Below are positions 50,852 to 64,000 of a DNA stretch of 64,000 nt, piece after piece (positions within the stretch are counted from its first letter, which is position 1; each line of letters begins with the position of its first letter). Both the position numbers and the translations under genes were made by a program. Under the pieces are notes generated by a model. It worked only from the letters and a program-made list of their open reading frames with translations, was not told the DNA's origin and ran no database searches. This DNA is from Eledone cirrhosa. Lineage: Eukaryota. The stretch is taken from contig OZ024756.1 of assembly GCA_964016885.1 (NCBI GenBank), positions 36,580,001 to 36,644,000 of the forward strand. The letters are read 5' to 3'.

Positions 50852-51573
50852 ACGTTTGTTATGTCAGAAGATAGATATAATACGGTGAGATTTGATTATT
50901 TATAGTACTAACTATATTACTATCAGACGTTTGTTATGTCAGAAGATAGACATAATACGGTGAGATTTGATTATATATATTGCTAACTATATTACTATCA
51001 GACGTTTGTTATGTCAGAAGATAGATATAATACGGTGAGATTTGATTATTTATATTGCTAACTATATTACTATCAGACGTTTGTTATGTCAGAAGATAGA
51101 CATAATACGGTGAGATTTGATTATTTATAGTGCTAACTATATTACTATCAGACGTTTGTTATGTCAGAAGATAGACATAATACGGTGAGATTTGATTATT
51201 TATAGTGCTAACTATATTACTATCAGACGTTTGTTATGTCAGAAGATAGACATAATACGGTGAGATTTGATTATATATATTGCTAACTATATTACTATCA
51301 GACGTTTGTTATGTCAGAAGATAGATATAATACGGTGAGATTTGATTATTTATATTGCTAACTATATTACTATCAGACGTTTGTTATGTCAGAAGATAGA
51401 CATAATACGGTGAGATTTGATTATTTATAGTGCTAACTATATTACTATCAGACGTTTGTTATGTCAGAAGATAGACATAATACGGTGAGATTTGATTATT
51501 TATAGTGCTAACTATATTACTATCAGACGTTTGTTATGTCAGATGATAGATATAATACGGTGAGATTTGATTA
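50852..51573 (+). repeat. 75-bp minisatellite in C (10 donor copies)
   Basis: ACG|gtgaga recurs every 75 bp from 50884 to 51559. Confidence 0.95.
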
Positions 51574-52547
51574 CTTACATGTTTGTTAATAAAATATATA
51601 TTACTAACCTCATAACTATTAAACATTCATAGTTTTTTCTTGATATTTATCAAAAGAAAATACTAAATCCAATAATATTTAGATAGAGTCCATTGTCCAT
51701 CTAGAGATACTAGTATCTCGTCTATTTAAACTCTGCAGTGACGAGTCTAAAAGGCTGAAATACTGGTATTAAACATGAATTTAACTCAAGATTTTTCCTG
51801 ATATTGACCTTTTTTTGTGAATCTACTATGAACCAACGTTAATCCCAAACCTAGAAAAACTTCAATATTGACAAGGGAGGTAATACAGAATGTGTCTCAT
51901 CTCTAGAGTCTTCGATATTCACAAGGGATGTTATACAATACTTTATGTACGATACATTCTCATAAATAGAGTCTTCAATATTGAGAAGGGAGGTAATACA
52001 GAATCTTCTAACATTGTCAACGTTCCTTAACTACACAACTCAGTATTCTAAAATAATACACTATAAATCAAATGTCACAAAATAGAGAAAAACTTATAAA
52101 ACTCCCAATATATGAAAGAATAAATAATTAAACATTAATCTACGGTATTTTCTATTAATTCTAGGGCAGACTTCCAGCAACAGATAATAAAGATGTCAAA
52201 GACGAATATATTATAGAGAACGAGAAAGTCAACAGAAGTTCAGTTATAAAACGCTGTTCAAACATAATTGGTCTTGAGCTTTTTAGAAACACAGACTTTG
52301 TATTATTGATGATGCCCTACAGTTTTCGGGCGTGTGAGTAATAATAATAATTGTTTCTATTTTAGGCACAAGGCCAGCAATTACCTAGTACATTACTGGT
52401 ACTTTATTTTATCGACCCCTAAGGATGAAAGGCAAAGTTAACCTTAGCAGGATTTGAACTCAGATCATAAAGGGCCGTAACTCTATGCTGTAAAGCATGG
52501 CGTCAGACCCTCTACCGATACTACCAATCCACCGTAGTAATAATAAT

Positions 52548-52970
52548 GATTTCTTTATTAACCACAAGGGTTTACATAAAGTAGACATTAAGGACAATAC
52601 AGGACGGTACAAATGGGCATTTCTGCGTGTAAAGAACAAAAACAGAGAATGTAACAAAAAAAATAACAATGAAAAATTCCCCAATAGGGGGGAGACTTCG
52701 GAGGGACATTTGTGGAGAAAGCCCAGTAAAAGGCCACAGTGACCCTGACCACCAAGGCAAGTGCCCTCTCCCAGTTTTCCACCTTTAATTTACAGATACG
52801 TACTCAGAGTAGGCCAATTCACATTCTTGCTTCTCTCACCCATCTTTCAACAAAATGCTGGGAAGAGAGCACTTCCCTCTCTACCCTGATTTTCCTTTTC
52901 AAATGAAATTTGAAAAAGTTAATCAGGGCATCACCGAAGAGGCAAGTGCTCGTCTTCAGCCCTTTCAAAC
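52548..52970 (-). mobile_element. 3' fragment of the same Tx1-like LINE in intron 5 of C
   Basis: Matches 6925-7360. Confidence 0.9.
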
Positions 52971-55180
52971 AAGGCCAGCAATTATTGCAGTGCATTACTG
53001 GTACTTTATTTTATCGACCCCGTAAGGATGAAAGGCAAAGTCAACCTCGGCGGGATTGGAACTCAGACTGTAAAGGGACGTAACTATGCTGGAAAGCATG
53101 GCGTCCGACTCTCTACTGATACTGCCAATCCACCAATAATAATAATAATAATAATAATAATTGTTTCTACTTTTGGCACAAGGCCAACAATTACTCCAGT
53201 GCATTACTGGTACTTTATTCTATCGACCCTCCCAGGATGAAAGCCAAAGGTAAGTGCCAAAATGTAGAAACAATTATTATTACAAGCACGGTAACGAGCG
53301 GTGAGTTGGCAGTATCGGTAGAGGGTCTGACGCCATGCTTAGCAGCATAGAGTTACGTCCCTTTGTGGCCTGGGTTTAATTCCCGCCGAGATTAACTTTG
53401 CCTTTCATCTTTTCGGGGTCGATAAAATAAAGTACCAGTAATGCACTGGAGTAATTGTTGGTCTTGTGCCAAAAGTAGAAACAATTACAAGCACGGTAAA
53501 TGGCGGTGAGTTGGCAATATCGGTAGAGAGTCGGACGCTGTGTTTAGCAGCATAGAGTTACGGCCCTTCACGGCCCGAATTTAATTCCCGCCGAGGTTAA
53601 CTTTGCCTTTCATCCTTTCGGGGTCGATAAAATAAAGTACCAGTAATGCACTGCAATAATTGGTGGCCTTGTGCCAAAAGTAGAAATAATTATTATTATA
53701 AGCACGGTGAATCGGCACTATACTTTGTATCCTTTTCTATGTATTTTCCTCTATTTCGATTATTTTCTCTTTTTCTGCTTCCATCTAATTTCCTCTATCT
53801 TTTTCTCCGTCTTATATTTCAGTATGTTTAATTGTCTTACTATATATACCACTGCTCTGTGTTTGGTCGTTTGAAATGAACCGAGAGAGGTCGGCCATTT
53901 TGATGTCTCTTCTCGGATTATTTGTAACAATTGCTGAACTATTAGTTGGTGTATTTATTGATCTGCTCCATTTTAGTAGCATCAAGCTGCATATCTTTTC
54001 TCTGTTGACTCTCTGTGTTACTATCATAATGATGCCATACTGTTCTACCTTCGAATATATTGCTCCACTCATCTGTGTCTTCAGTATTGCAGATGGTAAG
54101 TTTATAATAATCTCTAAGTATGTATTCATATATGGCGGATCGTGGCCGAAGATTGGTCAAATGGTTATGAAGTTTACTTCGCAATTTTTAATCAGTACTT
54201 ATCAAAACTATAATAAAGTAAGGAGTACGGGACTACGTGCGGTTTATTTCTTTTAATCCAGTTAGTAAAATATGTTAGATTACTTTGAAGAAATAATGAA
54301 TGAATATTACATAATTTACCTACTACATTTCGTAGTTGTTGATTAAATATATTTTATTGCTTATTTAAAGATTCACTTCTTTAAAATTTTCAAATGTCAA
54401 CACTTCTGGTTAGCGATTGTTTAAATAAATATTCATATATTTCCGTCACTAATTTTTTTTCTTAATGCAGTTTATATATAATATCGTCTTTTTTAATGTA
54501 TCATGGATTACGTTACTGATTAAATAAGACAGTGTAACGCAGAATTCGTTCAATTTCTGTGTATATTGTCAATTACGATGTTATTTGATGTAGCATATCT
54601 AAATGCGTATATACTTGCGTATAATATCAATATGCACACTACACATGCTAGCAGAAAACCAGCCGAATGGTGGTTTTCTGCTAGTCATAATAAAAGAAAT
54701 AGCGATTGAGAAAGAGTTCATAAAAACGGCAGCGTAAACAAATTTCAAATAGGTTGTGTTGTTGAACTATTAAATTATCAAATATCTCCTAACATATTAG
54801 AACTAAGCTACAGGTTTATAATATCGCTGGAAATAGCAGCCAAAAGACCGCCTGATAAAACTCGCCAAATTTTCCTCGGCAAATGAAACAATATGTATAA
54901 TTTCTTGGTCGATAGCTTCTTAATTTTTAGGAAAAATTTAACTCCCCTGAAGAGAATTGCGGATATATATATATATATATTAAAATAACAGATTAAAATT
55001 TAAGCAAAGAATCGCTGCTTTCACCCTTAACGGGATCTTCTGTTTCATGTTAAGGGTGAAAGCAACGATTCTTTGCTTAAACTTTAATCTGTTATTTTAA
55101 TGAATAATTGCCCTACGGGTTTTTATATATATATAATCCTTATCGAACACTCTTCTGATTTTAGTCTTCACATTTATTAT

Positions 55181-55229
<49 letters not shown>

Positions 55230-55935
55230 CTTATATATAGCATAGGTAAAAATGTCGTGTTAGCACTCAAGCAGTGTTTAAACATTTTAGAGGTGTATAT
55301 GAAAACATATACACCTCCAATATGCTTTAAAATATTTTTCGTAACTTTCTGTTCTTTTCTATGTGTACCACAACAGGGTTTACTGTATCACTCAGACTTA
55401 TCCTCACAACAGAAATGGTTGGTCTACAACAAACCACAAATGCCTACAATATTCTCAGTGTCGCCAATGGAATTGCAGAATTAGTGGCTCCCCCTATGTT
55501 TGGTAAGTTCATTATCATTATGTGGATTGGCAGTATCGGTAGAGAGTCGGACGCCATGCTTTACAGCATAGAGTTATGTCCCTTTATGATCTGAGTTCAA
55601 ATCCCGCCGAGGTTAACTTTGCCTTTCATCCTTACAGGGTCGATGAAATAAAGTACCAGTCATTATTATTACTATTCAATAACCAATAATTTTGTCATTT
55701 CAGGATTGATTTATGACATAACTGGGTCATTCTTTCCTGTTTTCTAGGGAGCTGGAACCTGTGCCTCCATTGCCTTAATATTTATTCTGTTAATTCCATT
55801 TCGTAACAGATTTTGTATAAAATAAACCTTATTTTATAAAATGTTGTTCCTAAGTTATTTTAAATGAGTCTTCGTTTATATTATGGTAGTTTTGTAGAAG
55901 AGATGGTGCCCGAAGTATAAAGTATATGATATGAT

Positions 55936-55996
<61 letters not shown>

Positions 55997-56106
55997 ACTA
56001 TAACATCTGAAACTACTTCGCCTTTTCATATTCTAAATATACTCCGTCACTCCTATGCGGAAAAAGTACGTTGAGTGGTTGAATTGAATTGCATCAATGT
56101 TTACCG

Positions 56107-56147
<41 letters not shown>

Positions 56148-56798
56148 TATACTTTTGGAGGGTCATGCTGCCATTAAAAGCACACGCACCTGTAAGTATT
56201 CACTTCAATTTATTATAAATTTCCGGTTGATTGGTTGGTTGGTTGGTTCGATAAGCGGATGGTTGTTTATATATTGTTAAAGCTCTTTCGTCACACAATC
56301 TGTGACCTCATCTGTGACTGGGTTTTTATTTTATGTCAACCGTAGCTTAAATCAGAACATAGCTTAGAATACATAGCATATGATCCATTTATCACTTCCG
56401 GCATCGGAAAATAAATTAATAGATAAATAGTGAGAGTGGCAGATAGACAATACACAGACACACACACACACACACACACATATAAACACACACACAGGCA
56501 AACACACACATGTGTATTCATTTATAAATATTCATTTAATCAGACATACACATAAAAAGGGCAACTCATGTCCAACGGCATTTTAGTCATTTTAAAAATA
56601 TATTTTATTTCCTGCCTCAAACATTAATGACGGTATTTTTATAAGATATTTTATTAGCCTGATAACAAAAGGACGGCAAAGCTGATGTTTAATTTAAATC
56701 CTCTTAGTTAAACCATGGTGTACCCCCCACTCTCCTGAGCGTGAATTTAATAAACATTTGTCGTACTGCCTCTCTGTTCTGTCCCTGTTCAATTTTTC

Positions 56799-56841
<43 letters not shown>

Positions 56842-57825
56842 TTAATAACAAAAGGGTTATTGAACAATGAAAATGACAAAAAGTTTACTCTCTGGATTAC
56901 AGCTTGCGTTTAAGCTTTTAAGTAATTTAAGATAATAAATCAAATTCAACAGAGCAGAAATATTTTAGGGGTTTATATAAAATATCAGGAAATATAAATA
57001 CTAGAAAACATAAAATGATGATGATGATGATGATATATATATAATTTTTAATATGTGTTGTTTGTTTCATTTTGAATAAACGAAGCTAATTTTACCCTGT
57101 TGACTCGTATATAGATATAATAATAATAATAATTGTTTCTACTATTGGCACAAGGCCAGCAATAACCCAGTACATTACTGGTACTTTATTTCATCGACCC
57201 CGTAAGGATGAAAGGCAAAGTTAACCTCGGCGGGATTGGAACTCAGAATGGCAAGGGCCGTAACTCTATACGGCAAAGCATGGCGTCCGACGCTCTACCG
57301 ATACTTCCAATTCACCCACTATATAAATATAATAATTGTTTCTACTTTAGGAACAAGGCCAGCAATTACCCAGTACATTACTGGTACTTTATTTTATCGA
57401 CTCCGTAAGGATGAAAGGCAAAGTCAACCTAATAATAATATGTTGTAGTTTGCTTGAAGCATTCTGTATAGTATATAATGTTGAAAAAGATAGAAGGTAA
57501 GCTCATGGATGTTATTCAACCATCTTGCCTGTGGTCTACACCAGTTGCTTTTGCCCATAAAATCTGCACTAGGGTATCAGTTATTAATTTATATTTTTAA
57601 AATAATTAAAAGTTAAAGTCTCAGTAACAATAGGTAAACAAATTATTCTGGAAATAATTCTGGATATTATTCTGGAAATATTTTTAGAAATATTTTTAGA
57701 AATATTTTTTGGAAATATTTTTTTCCAATATTTTTGGAAATATTTTTGGAAATATTATTTTTGAAATGTTTTTTGGAAATATTTTTTCAAAATATTTTTT
57801 GGAAATATTTCCAGAAATATTTTTG

Positions 57826-57938
57826 TTAAGTTTTACCACGACAAATAATTAAGAAAAATAATATAAAAGCAATCAGTGAAAAGATTCCACATCCATAAAA
57901 AACAAACCGAAAGGATCCCGTGAGGTCGAAAATCAGTC
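57826..57938 (-). CDS. MCT paralog D exon 8 (terminal)
   Basis: GLIFDLTGSFRFVFYGCG..KT*. Confidence 0.85.
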
Positions 57939-58767
57939 CTGAAATTACAAACATCCTTTAATATATTATTGTTTACTATATATTTCGTTTAAATACATTG
58001 AAATTTCTAAGTCTTATAACTTACAAGGATTGATTGTCAAGAAGTCATCGTAGATAAAGATTGGTTGAATCAAAGTTAACGACTTTTCTATATAACAGGT
58101 ATTTATTTTATGTAGCACACATAAACAAAAGACTAGATGTTTAAACTCAGAAAATAGATATAAGTACAGTTTTTTAATTATAAGCTTCACAGTTAAAGTA
58201 ATGGTTTCTGATATAGCATAATATTTTGGGGTCACTGGTGCTTTATTTTAAATACCCCCGGGTTTTGAATTCAGAACGTAAAGAAACGTAACTTTATATC
58301 AGAAGGCAGGGTGTCCGACGCTCTACCGATTTTGCTCATAAAATAATTGTTTTTACTTTCGCCACAAGGCCAGTAATTTCCCCAGTGCATTACTGGTGCT
58401 TTATCGACTCCGTAAGGATGAAAGGCAAAGCTAACCTCGGCGGGATTTAAACTCAGAACGTAAAGGCACGCAACTCTGTGCTTCAAAGCATGGTGTCTGA
58501 CGCTCTACCGATACTGCCAATCCAAGATGATGAAGTGTAAACATTCTTTCTTTTATTCCCTCTGTATTGAGGAAAACATAAAAGATTCATTTTATACTTT
58601 TCAGAGATTTTTGTCTCTTCATCAGAAGCTAACTGCTCCTATGATTCAAATACTTCTAAGCCAGACAAAAACAGAAGAATCGGCAAATATCTAAGTCCAG
58701 AGTTTACTGAGCTTTTCATTCCTCATTATGTGAGATGCCTATTGAGGAATAACTTTGAAAAACTTAC

Positions 58768-58893
58768 CAAAAATAGGAGGAGAAACGAAATATGATAATC
58801 CGGTGAAGACACTTAAAATACTGTATGCTTTGGTGGAATGTTCCAGACCAACAATTTCTGTTGTGAGTATCAGTCTGAGCGCTACAGAAAACC
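58768..58893 (-). CDS. MCT paralog D exon 7
   Basis: 126 nt; GFSVALRLILTTEIVGL..PPIFG. Confidence 0.88.
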
Positions 58894-59184
58894 CTGAAAT
58901 ATATAACAGAAAAATAATCATGATTTATTTTTACGTTGATGACATCAATTTATGTCAGCTAATAGTTAACTGGTTCAATCGTGAGTTTTGACTATGAAAA
59001 TTGGGCAGAGTTCATAGAGAATGAAAAATGCGAACGACATTACACCAAAGCGGAGCTGACAAATTTTCCCAGCCATTGTAAGCCCTAACTATCTGCCAGT
59101 GGATGTACACACACACACTCACACACACACTCACTCACACACACTCACACACACACTCACAAATACACACACACACGCACACGC

Positions 59185-59274
<90 letters not shown>

Positions 59275-59299
59275 ACACTCACAAATACACACACTTTTA

Positions 59300-59855
59300 T
59301 AAAAGCCAAACTCTCTTCAATTCGACTTTCGTGTCAACCCTGACCTATGGTCATGAATCTTGGATAATGACAGAAAGAATACGATCAAGAATAAAAGCGG
59401 CCGAAATGGGGGTTCCTCGGAAGGGTCTTTAACGAAGGGTCTGTAACGTTACTCGATAAAGTACATAGCTTGGAGATGAGAGAGTTAATCCAGGTAGAGC
59501 CACTACGTCTCCGAATTGAGAGAACACAGCTCCGATACTATGGACATGTGGTTAGAATGTCCCAGGAAAGATTCGCTGGACAGATTTTACGAGCAAAATC
59601 AACCGACAAGAGACCCTGGGGTAGACTCTGGGGTAGACCCTGGGGTAGACCCTGGGGTAGACTCTGGGGTAGACCCCGAGCAAGAGAGCTGGATAATATC
59701 CATGTGCTTGGCTGGTAACGCTTGGTAATCCAGCCGGGTCAGTTGGAGACGGTAGCTTCTGACAGGAACCGCTGGTGGGTGTGTTTGAGTACCCTGCCCC
59801 CACGACTCCCTGAAGAAGGAGAAGAAGGAGAAGAAGGAGAAGAAGGAGAAGGAGA
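59300..59855 (+). mobile_element. RTE-clade LINE 3' fragment with an internal 12-bp tandem repeat
   Basis: TLTYGHESW, AAEM, QLRYYGHVVRM, KRPWGR; (GAA/GGA)n tail. Confidence 0.8.
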
Positions 59856-59890
59856 ATGTAGGAGTGAGAAAACTTAATTTAGAAACTTAC

Positions 59891-60163
59891 CGACTGCAAC
59901 TCCATACACACACACCACAGGGGCCATGTATTCGAAAGTATTACAGTGAGGCATCAGCATAGCAGTTGCAGCAATTACCAACAGAGATAAGCTGAACATC
60001 ATCTTGCTACTAAAGTGAAGTACATCAATAAATACACCAAGTATGAAATTACCAAATGTTGAAAATAACCCTACAAGTAGTAGCAGGAGGGCAGATCTCT
60101 GTTCGCTCATTCCAAACGACCAAACACACATAGGAGGAATATAGGAGTACATTGTGTTACAGT
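59891..60163 (-). CDS. MCT paralog D exon 6
   Basis: 273 nt; YIPPMCVWSFGMSEQRSALL.. Confidence 0.88.
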
Positions 60164-61015
60164 CTGAAATTTAAAAAAAAATTACATATATATATATCAA
60201 TAATATTAATGGAAAATATCTTTATAAAACCATATTTATTTTATTATACGTATTTCAAGGGTACTGAAATATTAGTACTCTTGAAATACGTATAATAAAA
60301 TAAATATGGTTTTATAAAGATATTTTCCATTTATTAATATTATTGATATTAATGATACTCCGGATAAATCTCGTTGAGTGCTTCTAATCTGTTGTAAATT
60401 AACTTTGTTGAATAATCAACAAACTAAATAACTCATTGTTTATATATATATATAAGCTATAATAAAGGAAGGTCTGCGGGACTGCGTACGGTTTATTTTC
60501 TTTTTATCCCGATTGTAAAATAAGTTGGATTACTTTGAATAAATAATGAATGAATATTACATAATTCATCTACTAAATTTCGTAAACAAAATTAATTTCG
60601 TAAAAATAAATAATTTAAAATTGACTTCTTTTCAAAGTTTCACTTCCGGTATATCGTTACCACCACCACCATTTCAACTACCATATATATATAGAAACAG
60701 AGAGTGTGTGATGTTAACACTTCCAGTGGCGATCGCTTAAATAAACATGCTAATTTTCTGTCACTAATTTTCTCCTAATGCAGTTTATATATATCGTCTT
60801 TTTTTAATGTATCATGGATTACGTTACTGATTACATAAGACAATGTAACACAGTCTTCTTTCAATTTCTGTGTATATTGTCAATTACGATTTTATTTGAT
60901 CATATCTACATGTATATATACTCGCGTATAATATCAATATACACACTACACATGCTAGCAGAAAACCACTCGAAGGGGGGTTTTTCTGTTAGTGTATATA
61001 TATATATATATGGAA

Positions 61016-61047
<32 letters not shown>

Positions 61048-61052
61048 CTCAC

Positions 61053-61221
61053 ACGCCCACAAAGTGTAGGTGATCAGCAATGATACAAATTTAGGTTGTC
61101 TAAAAAGCTCAAGACCAATTATATTTGAACAACGTTTTATAACTGAACTTCTGTTGACTTTCTCGTTCTCTATAATATATTCGTCTTTGACATCTTTATT
61201 ATCTGTTGCTGAAAGTTTGCC
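61053..61221 (-). CDS. SLC16/MCT paralog D exon 5 (exons 1-4 not seen, presumably beyond the window)
   Basis: 169 nt, canonical sites, open frame. Confidence 0.85.
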
Positions 61222-62023
61222 CTAAAATTAATAGAAAATACCGTAGATTAATGTTTAATTATTTATTATTTTATATATTGGGAGATTTATAAGTGTTTCT
61301 TATAGATTTATTATTGTATTGAAAGAACGCATCTATAAATATGTTTCTTTTATCTATATCTTATAGGCCTATAATTGTTTCTACTTTTTGGCACAAGGCC
61401 AGCAATTATCACAGTGTATGACTGGTACATTATTTTATCGACCCCATATGGATGAAAGGCAAAGTTAACCTCGGCGGGATTTGAACTTAGACCATAAAGG
61501 GCCGTAACTCTTTGCTGCAAAGCATGGTGTCCGACCCTCTGCCGATACTGCCAAACCACCGCCCTTATAGGCCTATAATGCTATATATATATATATAGCC
61601 GATCGACTTTCGAAAAATCGGTCCGAGGAAAGAATGTTTCCGTTGGTCCTTTCAATTGCTCATGTTATTTATCCGTCGCAACTCCTGGTAGAAGAAGCAA
61701 CGTGAAATAAAGAGTTTTGCTCAAGGACATAACGCACCGCCTGGTCCAGGAATCGAACTCACCACCCCAAGAATCCAATTCTCTAACCACTCAGCCACGC
61801 GCCTTCACAATGCTATATATGTGTCTATATGATATGTATCTTTATGTTGATATTTGATACGTGTTTCTGTATTGATACAATGTGTGTTTCTGTTTTCATA
61901 TGTATACGTATCTATGTGTATGTGTGTATCTATATTGATAAATATATGCGTACCTATCGGTATATATGTATCTGCATTAATGTATATACGTATCTGCTGG
62001 TATGTCTGTCAATGTATACAGTT

Positions 62024-62026
<3 letters not shown>

Positions 62027-62078
<52 letters not shown>

Positions 62079-62162
62079 TATATAATATATATATATATAT
62101 ATAATATATATATATAATATATATATATATATATAATATATATATATATATATAATATATAT

Positions 62163-62196
<34 letters not shown>

Positions 62197-62256
62197 ATAT
62201 ATATATATATAATATATATATATAATATATATATATAATATATATATATAATATAT

Positions 62257-62299
<43 letters not shown>

Positions 62300-62918
62300 A
62301 TATATATATAATATAATATATATATAATATAATATATATATATATATAATATATATATATAATATATATATATATATAATATATATATAATATATATATA
62401 TATATAATATATATATATATATAATATATATATATATATAATATATATATATATATAATATATATATATATATAATATATATATATATATAATATATATA
62501 TATATATAATATATATATATATATAATATATATATATATATAATATATATATATATATAATATATATATATATATAATATATATATATATATAATATATA
62601 TATATATATAATATATATATATATATAATATATATATATATATAATATATATATATATATAATATATATATATATATATAATATATATATATATATATAA
62701 TATATATATATATATATAATATATATATATATAATATATATATATATATAATATATATATATATATAATATATATATATATAATATATATATATATATAA
62801 TATATATATATATAATATATATATATATATATAATATATATATATATAATATATATATATATAATATATATATATATATAATATATATATATATAATATA
62901 TATATATATATATAATAT

Positions 62919-62988
<70 letters not shown>

Positions 62989-63015
62989 TATAATATATAT
63001 ATATATATAATATAT

Positions 63016-63080
<65 letters not shown>

Positions 63081-63081
63081 C
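62027..63081. repeat. About 1 kb (TA)n tract with TAA interruptions
   Basis: Direct inspection. Confidence 0.97.
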
Positions 63082-63126
63082 ATTAGGTAGTGAAATAGTG
63101 CCTTCGTTGTATTTTGACTAAATAAA

Positions 63127-63641
63127 TCTTAACTATAATAAAGGAAGGTCTGTGGGACGGCGTCCAGAATATATTTTTATACTCCGTTTGTAAAATAAGT
63201 TGGATTACTTTGAATAAATAATGAATGAATATTACATAATTTATGTGCTAAATTTCGTGGCTGTTGATTAAATATATTTTATAGCTCATTTAAAGATTCA
63301 CTTCTTTAACATTTTCAAATGTCAACACTTCCGGTTAGCTGCCGTTATATTATTACACTTATAAAAATATCACATATATTTACGTCGCTAATTTTCTCCT
63401 AATGCAGTTTATATATTATATCGTCTTTTTTTAAATGTATCATGGATTACTTTACTGATTACAGAAGACAGTGTAACATAGACTTCGTTCAATTTCTGTG
63501 TATATTGGCGACACGATTTTATTTGATCATATCTACATGTATATATACTCATATCTACATGCATCTATATGTGTGTATAATATTAATATACACACTACAC
63601 ATGCTATCAGAAAACCACCCGAGAGGTGGTTTTTCTGCTAG
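63127..63641 (+). mobile_element. Helitron-like family (also 54202-54684 +, about 60452-60992 +, 49613 to about 50178 -)
   Basis: A|TC..actataataaag start; terminal hairpin cagaaaaccacc/ggtggtttttctg then CTAG|T. Confidence 0.7.
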
Positions 63642-63940
63642 TGAGTCTAAGAATTGGAGTTACAAAGACCCACAAAATGACTAAGCATTGACAAACATGA
63701 TACACAACCCACATCTCTGACTACAACGGCCATTGTTTTACCATTACACCAATACGTTACCCACACAAATTTCCATTCAATTTGAAGCTATGCAATCATA
63801 GCGTATGAATACATATATATAAGATACAAAGATTTTAGTTTTTGTTTACAAACAGCGAAGAATTTGAAACTAGATAGTGAAATAGTGCCTGTGGGTTTTT
63901 ATAACTCCAATTATTAGGCTAATTTATTTAGTCAAAAATA

Positions 63941-64000
63941 CAACGTATTGGTGTGATGGTAACGCAACGTATTGGTGTAATGGTAACACAACGTATTGGT
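63941..64000. repeat. 24-bp tandem repeat cut by the window end
   Basis: caacgtattggtgtRatggtaacR x2.5. Confidence 0.8.

Larger units (their letters stand above)
48584..55825 (+). pseudogene. SLC16/MCT paralog C pseudogene (exons 48584-48833, 49254-49397, 50199-50469, 50760-50884, 52165-52333, 53823-54095, 55377-55502, 55704-55825)
   Basis: Exon 1 donor GT>TT at 48834; GAA>TAA at 50333-50335; 2-nt deletion near 50342; TAT>TAG at 55745-55747. Confidence 0.88.

Noticed and set aside
50333-55747. Rescue of pseudogene C stop codons by A-to-I editing
   Set aside because: Editing cannot fix the 2-nt deletion or the GT>TT donor
62022-63083. 353-aa Ile/Tyr ORF and similar HT/CV/MYVC ORFs
   Set aside because: Translations of microsatellites

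Overview
AT-rich, microsatellite-laden eukaryotic DNA; the SINE repertoire suggests an octopus/cephalopod (inference). The window holds a cluster of four SLC16/MCT-family transporter paralogs arranged A(+) B(-) C(+) D(-). A (190-19148) and B (36633-22941) have 8 coding exons with consistent splice phases (1482 nt, 493 aa). C (48584-55825) is a pseudogene. D shows only exons 5-8. Introns and spacers contain a nearly intact Tx1-like LINE with truncated copies, R4/Dong-like and RTE fragments, Penelope-like (PLE) pieces, Helitron-like elements and many tRNA-SINEs. Main observations: (1) a 591-bp tandem/inverted non-coding repeat with an atypical type I hammerhead ribozyme in every unit (retrozyme-like); (2) foldbacks whose symmetry axis is hammerhead stem II; (3) replacement of the SLC16 TM8 carboxylate-binding Arg by Glu or Asn; (4) intron-4 minisatellites built from a 42-nt GT..AG segment plus an in-frame microexon, with copy number differing between paralogs. 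All alignments and RNA folds were done by eye.
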